62,653 bases of DNA from positions 1 through 62,653 of the IMG/VR virus record IMGVR_UViG_3300011921_000001. One strand, given 5' to 3'. Under the pieces are notes generated by a model, which worked only from the letters and a program-made list of their open reading frames with translations, made no database searches and was not told the DNA's origin. The position numbers and the translations under genes are program-made. Positions within the stretch are counted from its first letter, which is position 1. Each line of letters opens with the position of its first letter. Origin of the DNA: a virus. Below are positions 59,749 to 62,653 of the stretch, piece after piece.

Positions 59749-60214
59749 AGAACACCGTGCAGTGAATGCTTGCTGCCAAAAATACCCGAATACCGTCAGC
59801 AACCAAGATGCCTTCTCCGGGTATTACTATCGTGTACGCTGTGGCATTTGATGCGTCTGCCTGAAGCAACACCTTGTTGTACACAGTCACGTTACCGCTT
59901 GCTGCGCCTGAATCAGCCACAGTCACCGTAAAGACGTTGGAGTTTGTCACAGTCACTTGGTAAGGGTTGTCAGTCAAATCCCAGTCCAAGTACACCCACT
60001 GACCCGTAGACAAACCGTGATTTGCTGCGGTTACAGTTGCGGTGGTTGTGGCGCGTGTGTACGTACCGGCAATCGAGGTGTTATCAACAAAAGCCGTGTA
60101 GCCCGTAGCACCGCTGAAAGGGAATATTACAGCCCCCTTCAAACGAGTTCGGTACGGAACCATCAAGCCAGAGGTAGCCGCGTGTTGCGACTTAACATCA
60201 AACTGCATCGTCAT
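59741..60214 (-). CDS. Virion structural protein (157 aa)
   Basis: GAGGAG 7 nt before ATG 60214; beta-rich Thr/Val/Ala composition. Confidence 0.55.
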   Translation of the reverse strand: MTMQFDVKSQHAATSGLMVPYRTRLKGAVIFPFSGATGYTAFVDNTSIAGTYTRATTTATVTAANHGLSTGQWVYLDWDLTDNPYQVTVTNSNVFTVTVADSGAASGNVTVYNKVLLQADASNATAYTIVIPGEGILVADGIRVFLAASIHCTVFYG

Positions 60215-60228
60215 AATCAATCTCCTCT

Positions 60229-60249
60229 AAAAAAGGAGCCGAAGCCCCC
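60229..60249 (-). terminator. Intrinsic terminator after the 133-aa structural gene
   Basis: On the - strand: GGGGC-UUCG-GCUCC stem-loop followed by TTTTTT. Confidence 0.55.
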
Positions 60250-60257
60250 GAGATCAA

Positions 60258-60659
60258 TTAAGCTGCAACAGCGCCATTCAGTGAAACGATGTCCCAGCCA
60301 GCCGAGGTGTACACCAGCATAGCGCTATCGCCAACAGCAGTGAACGTGATGGTGGTAAAACCGATCTTGGTGGTGGGGGTCAACACAGCAGAGCCGCCAT
60401 CCACCGCGTGGCTGATGATCTTGATTTCGCCCACAGCGCCGTCAGCCAATGTCAGGGCTTGTGCCGCGCCTGTGGTTGTCAGTTGAGTGAATGCGTTGGT
60501 GATGTCAACTGCGCCAGCGCCGGACAAGGACTGGGTGCCCAGAACTACGTCAGAGCCAAAAGACGAATTGACGGTGACAGCGCCAGTGGTGGCGTTTGTG
60601 GTGATGGACTGAAAGCCGTTCTGCGAGCGAACTGGGCCGTTGAAGGTGGTATTAGCCAT
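60258..60659 (-). CDS. Abundant-type virion protein (133 aa), possibly capsid-surface/decoration
   Basis: Track ORF; GAGGAA RBS; followed by its own terminator; FNGPVRSQNGF N-terminus. Confidence 0.5.
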   Translation of the reverse strand: MANTTFNGPVRSQNGFQSITTNATTGAVTVNSSFGSDVVLGTQSLSGAGAVDITNAFTQLTTTGAAQALTLADGAVGEIKIISHAVDGGSAVLTPTTKIGFTTITFTAVGDSAMLVYTSAGWDIVSLNGAVAA

Positions 60660-60755
60660 GATGATTCCTCACATGCGAGCATTGTGGGCGTTCTGTCTGC
60701 ATGTCGTCAGCCGGGACTGTCAGAACGCCGGGAACCCCGGAATACGGTGTTTGTA

Positions 60756-61358
60756 TCACTGCGTGGGTGGGGTGTCAACAAGCTTGTTCGACTTTATCAA
60801 GTTTTCGTCTTGGGTGATGACCCGCAGGTTCCACGGCACATGCAGGCCGCAAACGGACTCTCCTTGGATTGGCACGATGTGGTCTACAACGTACTGCTCA
60901 CCCGTCGTCCTGCTCATGGTGATGGCAATCTGATAAAGCTGGCGGATTTCAAGTTTCTGTTTGCGGCTAAGCCACGGAGGTGTGGCATCCCGGAAACGCC
61001 TGCGACGAAGACTAGTCAGCGTGTTGTACAGGTCCGGGTTGGCCTCTTTATACCGCTGCTTGTATGCGCGTTTTTCTTCAGGGGGCCGGGCCTGCGCCCG
61101 CGCAATTACTGCGGGCTTGTTCTTTTCGTAATACCGCTCCTTTGCAACCTGCCCGGCTTCTGACTTGTTGTAGCCCTTAAAGTACTCCGCTCTGGTCTCA
61201 AGGGCTTGTGCCCACTCAACCTTTAAACACTCGATGCAGGCCCCCTTGGTTTTGCGGGGGGCGATGTGGCCGTGTTTGCAAGGCTCCCCGGTGAAGTAGT
61301 GCTTGGCTCCGGTCGCTTTGGCCTCGGCTCGGGTTTTGGGTAGATTTTTGGTGTCCAT
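60756..61358 (-). CDS. Free-standing HNH endonuclease (200 aa from ATG 61358)
   Basis: VVDHIVPIQGESVCGLHVPWNLRVITQDENLIKSNK is a clear H-N-N/H core; N-terminal CKHGH...C..C zinc motif; AGGAGC RBS. Confidence 0.75.
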   Translation of the reverse strand: MDTKNLPKTRAEAKATGAKHYFTGEPCKHGHIAPRKTKGACIECLKVEWAQALETRAEYFKGYNKSEAGQVAKERYYEKNKPAVIARAQARPPEEKRAYKQRYKEANPDLYNTLTSLRRRRFRDATPPWLSRKQKLEIRQLYQIAITMSRTTGEQYVVDHIVPIQGESVCGLHVPWNLRVITQDENLIKSNKLVDTPPTQ

Positions 61359-61412
61359 GTGCTGCTCCTGAGTTACGATACAGGTAACAGTGTACGCCAC
61401 AGGCAGACAAAG

Positions 61413-61438
61413 AAAAACGGCCCCGAAGGGCCGTTTTT
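61413..61438 (-). terminator. Strong bidirectional-type intrinsic terminator directly after the major capsid gene
   Basis: AAAAACGGCCC-CGAA-GGGCCGTTTTT; a perfect 6-bp GC stem flanked by A5/T5. Confidence 0.8.
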
Positions 61439-61459
61439 ACTAGGGATTACCCTACAAAA

Positions 61460-62392
61460 TCAGGACGAACCTGACGAACCCCACATGCTCAAGGGGTCAG
61501 ACCAGCCAAAGCTGTAACGCTCGCGGGCCTTGTAACGCACGTTGCCGGTGTCAAAATCCCCGTCCATTGAGTTCGACAAAGGCATACGCTCAAAGTGCTT
61601 CATGCCGTTGGGAACGTCAGTGCACAAGAACCATGCGTTTGGATCGGTCAAGAAGTGGTTGACGGTGTAGCCTTCTGGGATAGCGCCCATCTGCTTGATC
61701 GCGTTGATGTCGTTATCAGCAGTGGAAACCCGCAGCTCGGTGTCAAGCAGACGCTTGGCAACGAACATCAGGGCCGGAGGGATCACCATCTTGCGCGGCT
61801 TGGCAGCAATCAGCAGACCACGCTCATCGGTCCACGCAGCGATTTGAATCACAGCGTTTTCCAGAGCAGTCTCGTTCAAGTCAACACCCGTGGTTGGGCT
61901 GTTGAAGTTGACACCGCCGCCAACGAGTGGGTGGCCAACACGAGTGTTGGAGCTGTTGTTGCCGAACAACGTAACGCCGTCACCGCCGAGATATGCGCCG
62001 TTGAAGCCGTTGTTGACAACGGCTGCAGCTTTGACCTGCTTGGTGTAGGACATGGCGCGGGCCAGAGCTTTGGTGTAACGAGCAGACAGGCTGTCGTACA
62101 GGTTGTCCTCAACCGCCTCTTCGGTGATCGAGAAGCCCAGAGCAATGGTCTCGTGGGTGTAGCGGGCAGTGAACGCCTCTTGCGCATTGTCATAAGCGAT
62201 GGCGGAGCCCTCGTTCTTGACAGGTGCAGCGCTGAAGCCAGCCAGCTTGGTCTCTTCCTCAAAGCTACGCTCCGATTTCTCGGTCTCGTAGAGTTCCTTG
62301 TGCTCTTCGCCGTAGCGAGCGTACTCCATACCGAACAGGGCGTTCAGACCGGGAAGCAGCTCTTTGAGCAGTTGTGCGCGTGAAATAGCCAT
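61460..62392 (-). CDS. Major capsid protein, HK97-fold (310 aa)
   Basis: Size, AAGGAG RBS, following terminator. Overall pattern (N-terminus ...ELLPGLNALFG..., C-terminus ...RYKARERYSFGWSDP) resembles lambda-E/Mu-T-type capsid proteins. Confidence 0.8.
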   Translation of the reverse strand: MAISRAQLLKELLPGLNALFGMEYARYGEEHKELYETEKSERSFEEETKLAGFSAAPVKNEGSAIAYDNAQEAFTARYTHETIALGFSITEEAVEDNLYDSLSARYTKALARAMSYTKQVKAAAVVNNGFNGAYLGGDGVTLFGNNSSNTRVGHPLVGGGVNFNSPTTGVDLNETALENAVIQIAAWTDERGLLIAAKPRKMVIPPALMFVAKRLLDTELRVSTADNDINAIKQMGAIPEGYTVNHFLTDPNAWFLCTDVPNGMKHFERMPLSNSMDGDFDTGNVRYKARERYSFGWSDPLSMWGSSGSS

Positions 62393-62405
62393 TTTTCAAT
62401 ACTCC

Positions 62406-62653
62406 TTACAGACCAACGGCGTTGGTATAGCTGTGGTAGCCGGGGTTGATCTTCACATAGACATCAGTGAAGGCGTCGCCCACAACTGAAAATCCCTGCA
62501 CGTTGGGGAACCCGACAACACGGAAGGCTGCAGTGGTGGTCACAGCCGACGCGCCAGCTACGACAGAAGCCGTAGAGTTGCCAGTGGTTGTGCTACCAGT
62601 TGCAACAGCACCAGTGCTGAAGAACAAGTTCGCGCCCACAGCGGCCTGCGTCA
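62406..62653 (-). CDS. C-terminal part of the wrap-around structural gene (same gene as 1..456; 62577-62653 duplicates 1-77)
   Basis: Stop at 62406; frame is continuous with 1..456 after removing the 77-nt redundancy. Confidence 0.6.
   Translation of the reverse strand, partial: TQAAVGANLFFSTGAVATGSTTTGNSTASVVAGASAVTTTAAFRVVGFPNVQGFSVVGDAFTDVYVKINPGYHSYTNAVGL
62577..62653. repeat. Second copy of the 77-nt terminal redundancy
   Basis: Identical to 1-77. Confidence 0.95.

Noticed and set aside
60685-60728. The 9-bp inverted repeat GGCGTTCTG/CAGAACGCC downstream of the HNH gene.
   Set aside because: It has a 26-nt loop, no U-run and only a single occurrence, which is insufficient to call a terminator or operator.

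Overview
The window is a complete, circularly closed phage genome. Bases 1-77 are identical to 62577-62653, so the unique length is 62,576 bp, and one structural gene wraps across the window ends.

The genome has two convergent arms.
- The + strand arm (7597->30307) carries early and DNA-metabolism genes. It starts with about 40 small, tightly overlapping genes. These are followed by DUF3310, VRR-NUC, a family-A DNA polymerase, a Cas4-like nuclease, a small HNH, an SNF2 helicase, a Zn-finger SSB-like protein and a PrimPol-SF3 helicase.
- The - strand arm (7141->1, continuing 62576->30283) carries morphogenesis and lysis genes: terS, terL, portal, a GroES-like ORF, scaffold, a decoration-like protein, an HK97-type capsid protein and small basic proteins. 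Adaptor/tail proteins, two tail fibres and a holin plus GH108 endolysin follow. It ends with Gly/Gln-rich ejection-type proteins and a 2,230-aa giant protein.

I recognised no tail sheath, tape measure, tail tube, integrase, repressor module, RNA polymerase, tRNA, rRNA or CRISPR array. By inference this is a virulent, podovirus-like phage of a GC-rich Gram-negative host.

The signals most worth follow-up are:
- four invariant 19-bp palindromes (GTGGGACA-N3-TGTCCCAC) in the first 4 kb of the early arm
- a 336-bp structured non-coding island (candidate origin)
- an orphan terminator and repeat-rich divergent control region
- early genes bracketed by 18-23-bp direct repeats that contain their own RBS
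- a 503-aa chain of small modules joined by nucleotide-conserved TPPAAAQ linkers
- the giant virion protein with an HExxGH motif
- a short (A/K)(E/K)GG motif recurring across late-arm proteins, including a cluster of small basic ones.

All functional calls rest on motif recognition by eye. No database search was run.
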